Part shown: in pieces, positions 1-10,953 of the stretch | Numbering within the stretch: the stretch's first letter is position 1 | Layout of the letters: each line of letters opens with the position of its first letter | Virus record (IMG/VR): IMGVR_UViG_2595698668_000001 | Coordinates: 167,744 to 231,743 of that record | DNA: 64,000 bases | Strand: one strand, 5' to 3' | DNA from: a virus | Taxonomy: Duplodnaviria; Caudoviricetes | Position numbers and translations under genes: made by a program | Notes under the pieces: generated by a model | Database searches by the model: none | What the model saw: only the letters and a program-made list of their open reading frames with translations | What the model was told of the DNA's origin: nothing

Positions 1-959
1 TCACTAGCAGAACCAAGAGAACGAGCCAAGTCATCAGACAGACCTTCGGTTTGTTTGGCGATGCCACTAATATAATCCACGTCTTTCTTGACATGTAAAG
101 AATAATCGTATAGATTACCTACTGTTTGATAAGAATCTGTTTGTACATCAAGGTATTGAAGAGGGAATTCACCGTATCCAGTGTGTTCTACAAGTTCTTG
201 AACTAAAGGTGAATTTGTTTCGTCAGCCATTTCTAAATCGCTGATACGAGAATAAATGTTCCTAGTTGGATCCGGGTCTTGTCCAAGTTCGGTTCTAATC
301 TGGTTAACTTCTTCCCTCAAAGATGCAGGGGTGGAGTCTTCCCACCATTTTTCAAGAGAAGTAACGCGAACATCAAGATTAACTCCTGTGTTATAGTTAC
401 GTTCGATTTGACCTTTTACCCCAGAAGAAAGTGAACCGGGTGATGGAACTCCATCAATATCAAAATCTTTATAATTACCCAACATTTTTTTGATATGAAG
501 GTCATCTGCTCGGAGAGTTCGGAATCTAAGAGATGGATCACCAACTCCGATATTATCTGAAATTGACTGGATTTTTGCGTCGAGGATCACGTCGGTTTCT
601 TTGATGTCTTCAAGGATCCCACTATGGACATCCATTTCTGTTTCCAAATCGCCGACTCGTTGATATAAATCTCGTCCGTCACCAGCATTAATTATATCAT
701 CATGAATATTCACCTTGTCGATAACTTCCGACATCTTAGAAAGGATTGTTTCTTGGTTTTTATCCAATGTCTCTACGTTAGCAGAAATTTGAGTAGAGGG
801 GCGGTTTAAAACGCCCCCTTTATCACCAACAATAGTCGGATCCGCACCTTGCGGTTGCTCACCATTTTTAATCCATTCAACCTGTTTTTGACCAGAACCA
901 GCAACAGGCATATCAGAAGTATATTTCAGGTCATCCAATACAGGTTTAATAATTTCCAT
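1..959 (-). CDS. wac: Fibritin/neck whisker (5' part; runs off the window)
   Basis: ATG at 959 gives MEIIKPVLDDLKYTSDMP...VEWIKNGE...GVLNRP, matching the T4 Wac N-terminus (WIKNGE, MNRP); directly after gene 12; CTAAATA promoter upstream. Confidence 0.9.
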   Translation of the reverse strand, partial: MEIIKPVLDDLKYTSDMPVAGSGQKQVEWIKNGEQPQGADPTIVGDKGGVLNRPSTQISANVETLDKNQETILSKMSEVIDKVNIHDDIINAGDGRDLYQRVGDLETEMDVHSGILEDIKETDVILDAKIQSISDNIGVGDPSLRFRTLRADDLHIKKMLGNYKDFDIDGVPSPGSLSSGVKGQIERNYNTGVNLDVRVTSLEKWWEDSTPASLREEVNQIRTELGQDPDPTRNIYSRISDLEMADETNSPLVQELVEHTGYGEFPLQYLDVQTDSYQTVGNLYDYSLHVKKDVDYISGIAKQTEGLSDDLARSLGSAS

Positions 960-989
960 TAGTTTTTACCCCATTCGTTTATATATTAG

Positions 990-996
990 TATTTAG
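990..996 (-). promoter_or_regulatory. Late promoter CTAAATA for wac
   Basis: Same heptamer recurs upstream of many virion genes in this window. Confidence 0.7.
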
Positions 997-2348
997 GTTG
1001 TTTGGTATATGTCATTAACACCCCAAACATGCCATATAATACAGTTGTCACCCGTGGTATGGAAATAAGTACCATTGGCGTTAAACCTACCAATCCACCA
1101 AGTAGAATCGGTGTCCGCAATCCACCAAGCGTTGGCGAAATTATCTTGAAGGATAGAAATTTGAGCCTTTGATATATAGTTAGACTTCATATGTCTACCA
1201 TCATCCCCAGAGGATACAACTATTAACCCATCGTAATTCCACCACGGCTGTGACATATTAAAGTCACCACTTTTATGACCGCCATATGGAGCAGCATTAA
1301 AAATCAATTGTCTATCAGTTCTATTAAGAGTTACTGCACTTCCACGATTAACCTTTCCATTTATTTGGTTTTGTTTATCCTCAAATGCTCCAACCGCCCA
1401 ATCATATCTCACAACCGCATTAGGTGAACCATCTTGGGGATTTGTAAGATATATATTTGGGGTAATCAACGCACCGGTCATTGTTCCACCGGTTTTTGCA
1501 ACTAAGGTTGTTGCTCCATGAGAACTTAACGCTTTATTCGTTGCCCCTTGTACAGCAACGTCTGTCAATGCAACAATACCCCACTGGGAAGACGATGCAA
1601 TCGGAAGAGTTGCGGGGCTAATGGCTACGTCAGTTGCAGTACGGGCATTAGACTCGGCTTGCGTTGCCATTTTTACTGTACCAACTCTTGATTGAGTTGC
1701 ACGAGTCTCAATAAAGCCTTTCGGACTAACTGCTACACCGTTATGCAAAGCCGCATTGATTACTGGGGATGGGGAAATCTTAACTATCCCAGAGGTCAAT
1801 TCAGTTGCGCCAGAATTTGCAGTAACTGCAAACTTATCTATCATTGCCTTAACAACATCAGGACTTGTTGCAGTAGTTGAATCAGTCCCTTGTTGTCCAA
1901 TGGTAATCGTGGATAATTTCAACGTACCGGCTTTTGTGGTAGAACCGATTGCTTTTGTTCTGATGATATCCCATATACCAGCCGTATTAATGCCTATAGA
2001 GGCGCTTGCTGCTGTTTCTAGACGTTCCGCGCTGGTAGCGTACCTAACTAGACCCTTAACCGTTTCTGATGCGTCTGGGCGCACCCATTTGGCTTGTAAG
2101 GTCTTGGGGGTAACGATTGCATCAGCCACTGTTCCTGCCAATACTTCCGCTTCCGTCGCAATCCTGAGAATACCCATTTTTGTTTCGGTCGCTTTCATAT
2201 CCTCATACCTTCCAATTGCATGGGGTTGTATGAGTTCAGCCATTTTTTGTACATCTTTAGTCGTTGCTGGGAAATTAGTGGTGCTAGGATCTAGCACCAC
2301 ATCAACAGCTTTAGAACTAATATGTTGTTCTGTATTATTAATCATCAT
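993..2348 (-). CDS. 12: Short tail fibre gp12
   Basis: NNT.QHIS N-terminus, ATET..G...AT shaft repeats, position between 11 and wac. Confidence 0.9.
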   Translation of the reverse strand: MMINNTEQHISSKAVDVVLDPSTTNFPATTKDVQKMAELIQPHAIGRYEDMKATETKMGILRIATEAEVLAGTVADAIVTPKTLQAKWVRPDASETVKGLVRYATSAERLETAASASIGINTAGIWDIIRTKAIGSTTKAGTLKLSTITIGQQGTDSTTATSPDVVKAMIDKFAVTANSGATELTSGIVKISPSPVINAALHNGVAVSPKGFIETRATQSRVGTVKMATQAESNARTATDVAISPATLPIASSSQWGIVALTDVAVQGATNKALSSHGATTLVAKTGGTMTGALITPNIYLTNPQDGSPNAVVRYDWAVGAFEDKQNQINGKVNRGSAVTLNRTDRQLIFNAAPYGGHKSGDFNMSQPWWNYDGLIVVSSGDDGRHMKSNYISKAQISILQDNFANAWWIADTDSTWWIGRFNANGTYFHTTGDNCIIWHVWGVNDIYQTT

Positions 2349-3319
2349 TAACCAATCCTTTTCCAGTAATAAAGTGTTGTTACCGTGGTATCAATTGCGA
2401 CTTTATCTTCTTTGAAAAACATTTCCCAATATCCGTAACCATAAGATGCAGGAGATCCAACAACCCAATCGACGGTCATCCCATATTCAGACCATGGTTC
2501 TGGTGTATGATCACGAAGATCTCTATATGTGAAGTTTATAGAATCACTAGAAAGTTTAGTAACATCCCTCACATATAAACCATCTACTTCAAATTGTTTA
2601 AGTAAGTCGAATACTTTATCTCTAACAAATGTCGGACTTACACCATCTGCAACTTCAATTCGAGTACCAAACACATCAAGAACAACAGGCATACCAGAAA
2701 TTGGAGATGAAATAGCACCAGAAAAGGTTAATGTGTCGATTTGTGGTTTTCCGCTTGGGTCTGTATTATCTATATTTATGATGACAGAACCTTTATTAAG
2801 TCTTCCCACATATGCAGCATCGGAAATTGCGTTTTCAACTGTCTTGAACTTGTTATGACTTCTGGCATCTTGGATTGTTAGGTTACCGATACCACCAACA
2901 ACAGATAGTGTCTCTAATGTCGGGTCTCCATTAAACTCATGGTCTGATGCTTTCCGGCTCTTAATCATAGAAGCCATTCGACTTCTAGTCATATCTGTGT
3001 TTGTTCTACCGTCAAACATAGTCACGGTTACAACAGACGAATCCAAAGAACTTAGTTCCGCACCTGACGTGGAATTAACTTCTTTAACACGACATCTGAA
3101 ATAACCATGATTATATGATGCGTTTGATGGAAGAACCCTTAGATTATCAGTTGCCGCACTAGCATCAACAACAGCAGTCCAAGCATTGCTATCTACGGAA
3201 GATTCCCAAGAATATCTAAGTTCTGCATCTACGTTGTTTGTACTTGCTAAAATAGAAAGCTGGTAGGAACTACCAGCATAATATGTTAGGCTTCTTGGTT
3301 GTTGAAAAATACTTATCAT
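2348..3319 (-). CDS. 11: Baseplate wedge/tail pin gp11 with N-terminal Ig-like domain
   Basis: gp11 C-terminus (GYGYWE...YYWKRIG); likely start 3319 (TAATG overlap with gene 10); first ~100 aa Ig-like. Confidence 0.85.
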   Translation of the reverse strand: MISIFQQPRSLTYYAGSSYQLSILASTNNVDAELRYSWESSVDSNAWTAVVDASAATDNLRVLPSNASYNHGYFRCRVKEVNSTSGAELSSLDSSVVTVTMFDGRTNTDMTRSRMASMIKSRKASDHEFNGDPTLETLSVVGGIGNLTIQDARSHNKFKTVENAISDAAYVGRLNKGSVIINIDNTDPSGKPQIDTLTFSGAISSPISGMPVVLDVFGTRIEVADGVSPTFVRDKVFDLLKQFEVDGLYVRDVTKLSSDSINFTYRDLRDHTPEPWSEYGMTVDWVVGSPASYGYGYWEMFFKEDKVAIDTTVTTLYYWKRIG

Positions 3320-5457
3320 TATTCTACCCTTAGCCATCTATGGGCGGTGGTTGTAGGTTGGATCACAGAGAACGGGTTTACTGTTTCGTTTGGTCTGGTA
3401 TAGACATAATCCTCTCTGTATTTCTTATAACCCGGACCACTCTCGTCTGGGTCGTATTGACACCCACCAACAAGAACATCACCATTCGGATCTGCAATAA
3501 GCGCCTTTTCCGTGCTTTTTGTTCCGGGGGTGTTATCAACCGCAAGGGTTACGTCGTTTTCACCAAAAATACTACCGGCACTGTGTCTTGGTTGTCCGTT
3601 AATATCCAAATCTTGGTTATTCAGACCGTATATCGGGTCGTTTGGATTCTGACTATTCCACCCAGCAACAACCTTACCCTCTGCCCAACGAACCCAAGTA
3701 CCAATCCCCATATAGGTTGCTGGGTTGTTCGGGTTATGTGCGTTTTCGTAGATAGTACCAACTGGATAAAACATATCAAACAGCATTGCAATAGAGTTTG
3801 CAGGAACGTTGATCAAATCGTTAGGATCTGGTTGTACTGTCTTTGGGGTTGGATTGAAAGGATCGGAATATCTAATTTTCCCGGTCAAAGTAACAGGAAC
3901 AGTATTGATATACTTTTTGTCTGTCTCTTTGATAATATCGTCAAGTTCAAGCAACGAACCAATATCATTATTAAACCAACGAATCGTAATAACGTCTTCA
4001 TGGTTGAACGGTTCGTTCACCACGATATCACGCATATAACCGTTCTCATCTTCGATAGGTCCAAAATCAACACCGGTAGGAACCCAAACACCACCATTAG
4101 CAATACAAGATTCTTGAGTTAAGCTATCCGCACCTTCACAAGTAAAAAACGGTATATCGCCCTGTCCAGATTTAACCAATTGACGACCGTTGACAATCAT
4201 CTCTAGAGTTTTTGGGTTAAAAGTCTCACTCGGTTGGAAGCCGAATTCGGAAAGGTTGAATCTAAATTTAGCAGACAGATCACCAACAAACCGACGTCCA
4301 GTTTCAGAAACATAATCAACAGGAACATATTGATCAGAATAAACCCGAATAGTCGCAGTTTCGTAAGAACTTCTATATGTAGCCAAACCATCTAAGAAAG
4401 TTTCGATAACAACAACATCACCAGCTTCACATGGCTTTTCTAGCTTAATGGTATATCCATCAAGGTCTGTTATTTTACTAACACCAACATAGTATGAAAA
4501 TTTTGTTGCTATTTTCATTTGAGCTAGAATGTCGGGGGTTTCATTCACAGAAACATATTCGCTGGTCAGTTTATCAAATTTCATGAGGTATGTTTTATCG
4601 TTATAAACACACACCAGACGGTCTTCGTTAAGTGGTTTCTTATTAAGGTCGAATTTTATGTATGTCTTTTTATCAGATTCTTTAGAATAGAAAGATACTA
4701 CAGTATTCCCTTCAACTGTTCCAAACCTAGTTCCCTTACCAACAATAGTACCCCATCTATCGCTATCGATTTTTACCGGGTTAATATCAATCTTGGCTGG
4801 GTCTGCAACAGTCTTTTGAACAATAGAACCATAGTTTGATTCGGGACCGTATTCCTGACCGTAATAAAGAATGTTACCGCGCTTATATACGTTAATCGAG
4901 TTTCTGTTATAACCAGACGAGAATATATTTTGAAAATCGGTTTGACCTTCGGTTGCAATAAATTCTTTTTTAGCAACGGTTGCTATGTCGTTGGATCTAA
5001 TTTCACCAACATATTTACTTGGTACATAATCCCAGTTACCGGGAGAGCAATATACAAGTTCAACGTCCATGAAATTGTTTTCTAATCTGTGTGTACCAGA
5101 AGACCCTTTGATGGTATTAAATCCACCGGGAACCAGAATTACAGGGTTTCCGCCCCAAGTTCCCATTACATCACGAACACGAATAACCTTACCATAATCG
5201 GCTGGTGTCCCACTCGGAAGATTGACAGTAATACGACCGGTTGTTGTATTAATTACCCAAGCCTGACCCATAATAGCTGAGAGAGTTTTTGTGTGGTCGC
5301 TATATGGTTTCCATGCACCGGCAGCATGAGGAATGTTACCATCCCCCAAGTTGTAGTAAAGTTCATTAAAGTTGTCGTTTGTCTTCTGACCACCTTTTCT
5401 AAGGTAATCACCGGTTCCGTCATCAACACGATTACCAATAATAATTTGCTGTTTCAT
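3319..5457 (-). CDS. 10: Baseplate wedge gp10
   Basis: MKQQIIIGNRVDDGTGDYLRKGG N-terminus; YPVGTIY, QP...RWLRV C-terminus. Confidence 0.95.
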   Translation of the reverse strand: MKQQIIIGNRVDDGTGDYLRKGGQKTNDNFNELYYNLGDGNIPHAAGAWKPYSDHTKTLSAIMGQAWVINTTTGRITVNLPSGTPADYGKVIRVRDVMGTWGGNPVILVPGGFNTIKGSSGTHRLENNFMDVELVYCSPGNWDYVPSKYVGEIRSNDIATVAKKEFIATEGQTDFQNIFSSGYNRNSINVYKRGNILYYGQEYGPESNYGSIVQKTVADPAKIDINPVKIDSDRWGTIVGKGTRFGTVEGNTVVSFYSKESDKKTYIKFDLNKKPLNEDRLVCVYNDKTYLMKFDKLTSEYVSVNETPDILAQMKIATKFSYYVGVSKITDLDGYTIKLEKPCEAGDVVVIETFLDGLATYRSSYETATIRVYSDQYVPVDYVSETGRRFVGDLSAKFRFNLSEFGFQPSETFNPKTLEMIVNGRQLVKSGQGDIPFFTCEGADSLTQESCIANGGVWVPTGVDFGPIEDENGYMRDIVVNEPFNHEDVITIRWFNNDIGSLLELDDIIKETDKKYINTVPVTLTGKIRYSDPFNPTPKTVQPDPNDLINVPANSIAMLFDMFYPVGTIYENAHNPNNPATYMGIGTWVRWAEGKVVAGWNSQNPNDPIYGLNNQDLDINGQPRHSAGSIFGENDVTLAVDNTPGTKSTEKALIADPNGDVLVGGCQYDPDESGPGYKKYREDYVYTRPNETVNPFSVIQPTTTAHRWLRVE

Positions 5458-5459
5458 TT

Positions 5460-6386
5460 TTATGCCCCAATTGCATCGATAGATTTGATATATACGTCTA
5501 TCGTTGACTGACTAATGTTTTTTATGGTCAGTAAAACAGAATTACCTGTGATGCTATAAGAAGCTTCGAATAAAAGGTTTTCTTCCGCTTTATCTGGTGT
5601 TTTGGTTCGCAGTCTGGCGTATTCAGTAGAATAAACTTTGGTATCTGCGGTACTGGTATTATTTACCATCAGTAAAGTTTCGCATGATTCTTGAAGGGCA
5701 CCAACACCACGTTGAGTAACAAAGACCATGTGTTTAACGGCGTTGAATTGTGGCTTACTAAACAAAACTACGTTTCGGTCAGCACCAACAGCAATCCCAG
5801 TAATAGTGGCGCTATATGAAGTTGCAGAATCGCCATAAATCGATTCAAGCTTATAGTTCCATTTCGAACCCGCTGGGCTTGCTTCTGCTACCCATATGGT
5901 CAATTTGAAATTGGAACGGTTTACAACCAATCTATTCCCACTAGCACCGATGGTATCACCAGAACCACTAGTCCGAATGATCACTTCTTTACCAGCACCA
6001 AACCCCACAGAACCGTCTGTATTGACGAATTCTATGCATTCCCCACCATGACCACTACCTTGGGGAAGAGTTATAGTAAGGTCTCCTGTACCGTCTCTGA
6101 TAACAGATAGGTCGTGCATAGAACCAAATTCTACTGGGTTACCAGATGGCTGTTCTGCCCCCGCATAGTATGCCCGAGTGTGTTTCTGATAATATCCAGT
6201 ACCATGGAGGGTTTGGACGCGATTACCAAAACCAGAAGTCTTACCAATTCTGTAGTCCCCGAACACGTTCCAAATACTGTTTATATCTTGGTTTAATTTT
6301 AAGCCGCCGTCATGAAGGGTATCACCTGTTCCTTCTTGACCACGGACGCCAGTATCAACTAGCTCTTTAGGCTTTTGTACAGACAT
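5460..6386 (-). CDS. 9: Baseplate tail-fibre connector gp9
   Basis: QKPKELVDTG...TGDTLHDGG.KLN and HGTGYYQKH motifs of T4 gp9. Confidence 0.93.
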   Translation of the reverse strand: MSVQKPKELVDTGVRGQEGTGDTLHDGGLKLNQDINSIWNVFGDYRIGKTSGFGNRVQTLHGTGYYQKHTRAYYAGAEQPSGNPVEFGSMHDLSVIRDGTGDLTITLPQGSGHGGECIEFVNTDGSVGFGAGKEVIIRTSGSGDTIGASGNRLVVNRSNFKLTIWVAEASPAGSKWNYKLESIYGDSATSYSATITGIAVGADRNVVLFSKPQFNAVKHMVFVTQRGVGALQESCETLLMVNNTSTADTKVYSTEYARLRTKTPDKAEENLLFEASYSITGNSVLLTIKNISQSTIDVYIKSIDAIGA

Positions 6387-6422
6387 TATTTTATATCCTT
6401 TATTTTATAGGGTTCACCCTTG

Positions 6423-6429
6423 TATTTAG
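6423..6429 (-). promoter_or_regulatory. Late promoter CTAAATA for gene 9
   Basis: Heptamer ~40 nt upstream of the gene 9 ATG. Confidence 0.7.
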
Positions 6430-6437
6430 GAGAAAAT

Positions 6438-6467
6438 AAAAAACCCGACCTGACGGTCGGGTTTTTT
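6438..6467 (-). terminator. Intrinsic terminator after gene 8
   Basis: AAAAAA-CCCGACC-TGAC-GGTCGGG-TTTTTT. Confidence 0.8.
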
Positions 6468-7449
6468 AGAAACTAAACACCACGTTAAATTCTTCCGTTT
6501 GATCTCTAGAACGAATTACCGGTTGTCTATTATCCATATAGATAACATTACCGCTATGTCTTTCTAGTTGTGACGGATCGTAACTGAGTGCAGTTGCTTT
6601 TACATCTGGGTCCGCTGGTGTATTTTTCACCAACAGTGGGTTGTTTATAATTCCCATCTGTCGAAAACCAGTGTTACCTATTTTACTAGATGCTGGGAAA
6701 TTATAACTGTCGAAATAAGACCTAAACCTAAGTGTATTACATTTTATCCTACCAATTAGGTTATAATCATTTGGATACCAAGTTATAACATGTTGGTATC
6801 CCCACACATCGGGAGATGTTTTTAGTTCATCGGGGGTTGGCACTACGATATATTCATTTGAACAATCGTTTATTGCAACGTCGGTTGGTATTGTGTATAG
6901 ATATTCCCATATATAACCATCTTGCATGTTTACGCCATCAGAACGTCCAATCGGGAGTATGCTGAATATTGATGGAGTCCATTTACCACCAACTTTCAAA
7001 CACTCTTCCTTGTCTTTAATGGTTTGAATCGAACACATACCATCTGATGGTACATCGACACAACGATAAACCATCCACCCAGACCCAATTTCAGTTGTGT
7101 TATATGGTGCTGAGTTGGTAACTACAATGTCACCGATATGGAAAGTGTATGGGTCTGCATATCTCTGGTCACCCCAATCTTTACGAGGCACCACCGGACG
7201 GATAAGTTCTTTTTGGATCTTAACTGCTCCGAGCATCCTAGACCAAATATCCGAATACCCCTCCGATGTATCGTCAGGATATGGCGGTGCAAATTTTGGA
7301 TCCGACTCGTTATCCGCCCATGCTTCACTTCTTCCGAAATATGCATAGAGGGTATTTTGTGTATTACCATCTCCGATAAGAGAATAAAAGTTTAAAAGGT
7401 TAGCGACCCGAAAGTCGCTAGTAACCATTGCTCTATAAATCACTGACAT
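6466..7449 (-). CDS. 8: Baseplate wedge gp8
   Basis: SVIYRAMVTSDFR start, VPRKDWGD, WEYLYTIP, NRQPVIRSRDQTEE end. Confidence 0.95.
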   Translation of the reverse strand: MSVIYRAMVTSDFRVANLLNFYSLIGDGNTQNTLYAYFGRSEAWADNESDPKFAPPYPDDTSEGYSDIWSRMLGAVKIQKELIRPVVPRKDWGDQRYADPYTFHIGDIVVTNSAPYNTTEIGSGWMVYRCVDVPSDGMCSIQTIKDKEECLKVGGKWTPSIFSILPIGRSDGVNMQDGYIWEYLYTIPTDVAINDCSNEYIVVPTPDELKTSPDVWGYQHVITWYPNDYNLIGRIKCNTLRFRSYFDSYNFPASSKIGNTGFRQMGIINNPLLVKNTPADPDVKATALSYDPSQLERHSGNVIYMDNRQPVIRSRDQTEEFNVVFSF

Positions 7450-10400
7450 TATTGTTCTACCTTAACTTGGGTAGGCGGTACTGGCACAAGGAGTTTACTT
7501 ACATCACGAGGATTGCCTATATCATCCTTAAGCCGTTTTTCTGACAACCGTTTAAGGTCAGAATACCTACTACTGAAATCGCTAAACAAGGGACTACCAT
7601 CAAGCCTACGCGCCGATGGGGTATAAACAACACCGTCAACAGTCCAATTTTGTTCATCTTGGTCATAATTTCTGACCTCAAATACATTACCGGTACTTGT
7701 ATCAATTGCGTTATTCCACTCAGACACATCAAATGGCGTTTGTGGTTGTTCCACTTCCATTAATTCCCCTGTTATCGGGTCGAATAGAGGTACTGGATCT
7801 GTAAACGAACCATTGGGGTCTGGTACTGTTCTATATTTAGGGGTTAGGCTAGGTAAACCTGAATCCCACCGATATGATTTATTTATATCGACGATAGTCT
7901 CTATGTGTTTCATAGAAATACCACCGTTAACCATAACAGTTAGTAGAGTAATACCAACAAATCCAAATCCAACTGGATGAACAAACCGAATAACATCATC
8001 CTTATATCGAGATGTGTTCAATTCAGAACGAATTCTCATCATATAGTAAGATCTGTTTCTGTTTATATAATCTATGTCGGAATATGCCAGCTCTTTACCC
8101 TTAACTCCCCGCGTGACTTCACCAACAAAAGAACTTGATTCAGATTTTATTTCTTGCCCAACTTCCAACTTACCAATAAGGTTATGAATCGTTATTTTCC
8201 ATCTTAACTGACCATCAACAAACTGACGCTCAATATAGGTAACGTTGGCTCGACCAGTTTTGGTAAATATCGTTCTTCCAACAAGATCAGTACTGATATT
8301 AGACGACTTAACCAGTATATCATAATCTATCCCAACTTGAGATTCGATTTCAATATCTACATCGGCATCATATAGCAGTTTGAACAAGAACTTATAACTA
8401 TCCAGAGTTCCCTTTGAGCTATAAAAGTTATTGGCGTTAGCTTCGAAGAATTTAACAACCTCATCTCTCTTGTTTTGGTCTAGATATATATTCCGTCTTC
8501 TCATCTCAGACCACAAAAATACGAAAGAATCTTTTTCTCTCGGGTATTTCAGTTTGATGAAATTGAGAAGCTTGCCATACATCGAATCAGTACCATCAGA
8601 TAGGAATTGAAGATAATATTCAGCAAACTTAGAGTAATTTGAATCATTGAAATAATGTTCAGGCCCCATAATTCTCAACATAGGTGCGATATTTGGGTCA
8701 ATAATTCCTGTATCATCCTTCTTCTCTTCAACAACTTCTCTTTCTTGGTTTATCAAAGAAGCTTGCAACGCGATATATTCTGGTCTCCAAAATACAGATG
8801 CTTCGTCTCTAACACGATAAGGGAACTCATAGTATCCAAATATCTCTCCACCAAGACCATTCTCTCTATTATAAGCAGTATGGATCAAAATACCGTTACA
8901 ATACTTACTAAAGTTTTTGAAATTGATATTGTTCAGATAAAATTTTACAGAACCTTTATTCCAAACTTCTTTGTTATATACCCGTGTAGGGTCTATGTTA
9001 TATTGGTATTTGGTGGAAGGTGTTATAAGAACTATTCGGTTTTCATGGTTTTTCCAAACCCTCTCCCCAGTCATAGCCATATAATCAAACCCAGCCTCGT
9101 TATAATATCTAGCTGGTCTTAAGGAGAAAACATCACCATCTTCGGTTTCCCATTGATACATGAAAACTTTCTTTTCACTAAGATATCCAAAGTCGGAACT
9201 GTATTTCACCGCATAGGTCACATCATCCGGGTATTTATTAACGGTATCAAGATCTTCGATAGTATTGGTGTATTTGTAAGTTGCACCTGATACAAATAAT
9301 TTAGTACCATCAACACTCATATCTGAATATTTGTGTTCGATATTATACCGTTCATCCTCGGTATTCCCAAATACTCTTTCCCATGAACCACCATCCGGAA
9401 CAGAAGGCTTTACTATCTGTCCATCTTCTTGGTAAAGGTCAAAAATATTAGGATAGGCAAAATCGTCAACAAACCGACTATATTTCACCGGGTCTACTAT
9501 CTTTTGTACAGGGTCAGAATAGATATCAGCAATAAACTCAAATGAGTCGTGGCTATCACTTGGTACAAAGTTGACTTTCATTTGCATTCCATGGGTTCTA
9601 CCTTGGAATATCCTAGATTCCCATCGTGTAGAAACTTTACCAACGTGTGTACCGTCAGGAAGGAAAGTCACCATCTCACGACCAACGTCAATACCATTGA
9701 TAAAACTAATATCTTCTGCTGGGTCGGAGAAGTTCATATTCCCCAACATAAAATCTTCTTTCTTGTATTTTTCGTTGAGACGATATACACCAGAATATGT
9801 AGATTTCTTTACGTTTTTCGGATCTCTTTTATCTTTCCCTGCGTCTACTTCACCGGATACCAGCGCATAACAAACCTCGTTAAGCACATCCATTTTCTTA
9901 ACTACTACGTTTGGATTATCACAGATCGTAAAGACTTCCGGATCCCATATGATATTACCTTCATTATCGGTTGGGCCACCAGATACACGTATACGTCTAG
10001 CAACACCATTTGCAGAGGCATATAGCCACATATTAGAGGACGTTTGAGCTTCTACTTTTCTTCTGATGTCGTCGGGGTACTTGGCAAAAGTCCCAAAGAA
10101 CATAGTAGGAAATGGGATAGACGAATCAGTATCCATCTTAACAAATGTAAGCTGATCATCAGACCAAAAATGAAGATCTGAGCTAAATCTTACTTCATCA
10201 ACGTTTCGTCCATAAAAGCAAAATCATATCCAAGAAGGAAAGATGTATTCCTGTTTTGGCTCATTACGGTATTACCGGTTGGATATCCAACACGGTCAGA
10301 AATAGCTTGGTAGTAATACCAGTTCTGCCCACCGTCGTTAGTTACCTTACAGTAGTTTTGATATTTTTCAAATGCATATACAACACGGCGATTCGCACCA

Positions 10401-10951
10401 AGGTAAACACTATTAATATCCCGACAAATTTTTGATACAGAACCCAAAATCTCATGATATTCGTCGTCGCTAGTAACAAAGTTTTCTATATTTGTGACGT
10501 TCGAGATGCTAGGGTCATATATAAAGTTTTCATTCATCAAACTAGCCTGAATTACATCACTATTGAGGTTGATATAATCCATCTTGTTTTTATGCAACTT
10601 CATATCAATAAACTTAAACGACGGAATGAATTTCTCCATGGTAGATATTTGATATGCGTTTGTTGTGAATGATTCGATTACATCACTAACAACCCAATCA
10701 GACGGCTCCAAACCGGGATGAGTTGTAGATATTCTAAATTTATATTTTGTATCTGGGATGAGAGATGAACTGAAAAATTCGGGGGAATATTCCACCCCCA
10801 ATTGTGTCCAACTATCTACCCCAGTACCTGAAACGATGGTGTATTCGACAATATAAAAATAGTTCGAACCTACATCATCCCATTTTAGGTGAACGAAGTT
10901 CGCGCCGAGCATGGCGACGCGAAGACTTGTTATTGTTGGAGCTTTTATCAT
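7449..10951 (-). CDS. 7: Baseplate wedge initiator gp7, split by a 1-nt frameshift into ORFs 10190-10951 and 7449-10136
   Basis: MIKAPTITSLRV...WDDVGSNYFY start; VHPVGFGF and RLKDDIGNPRD end; one extra T in the run at 10214-10217 restores GYDFAFYGRNVDEVRFSSD, like T4 GYDKIFYGR. Confidence 0.9.
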
Positions 10952-10953
10952 TT

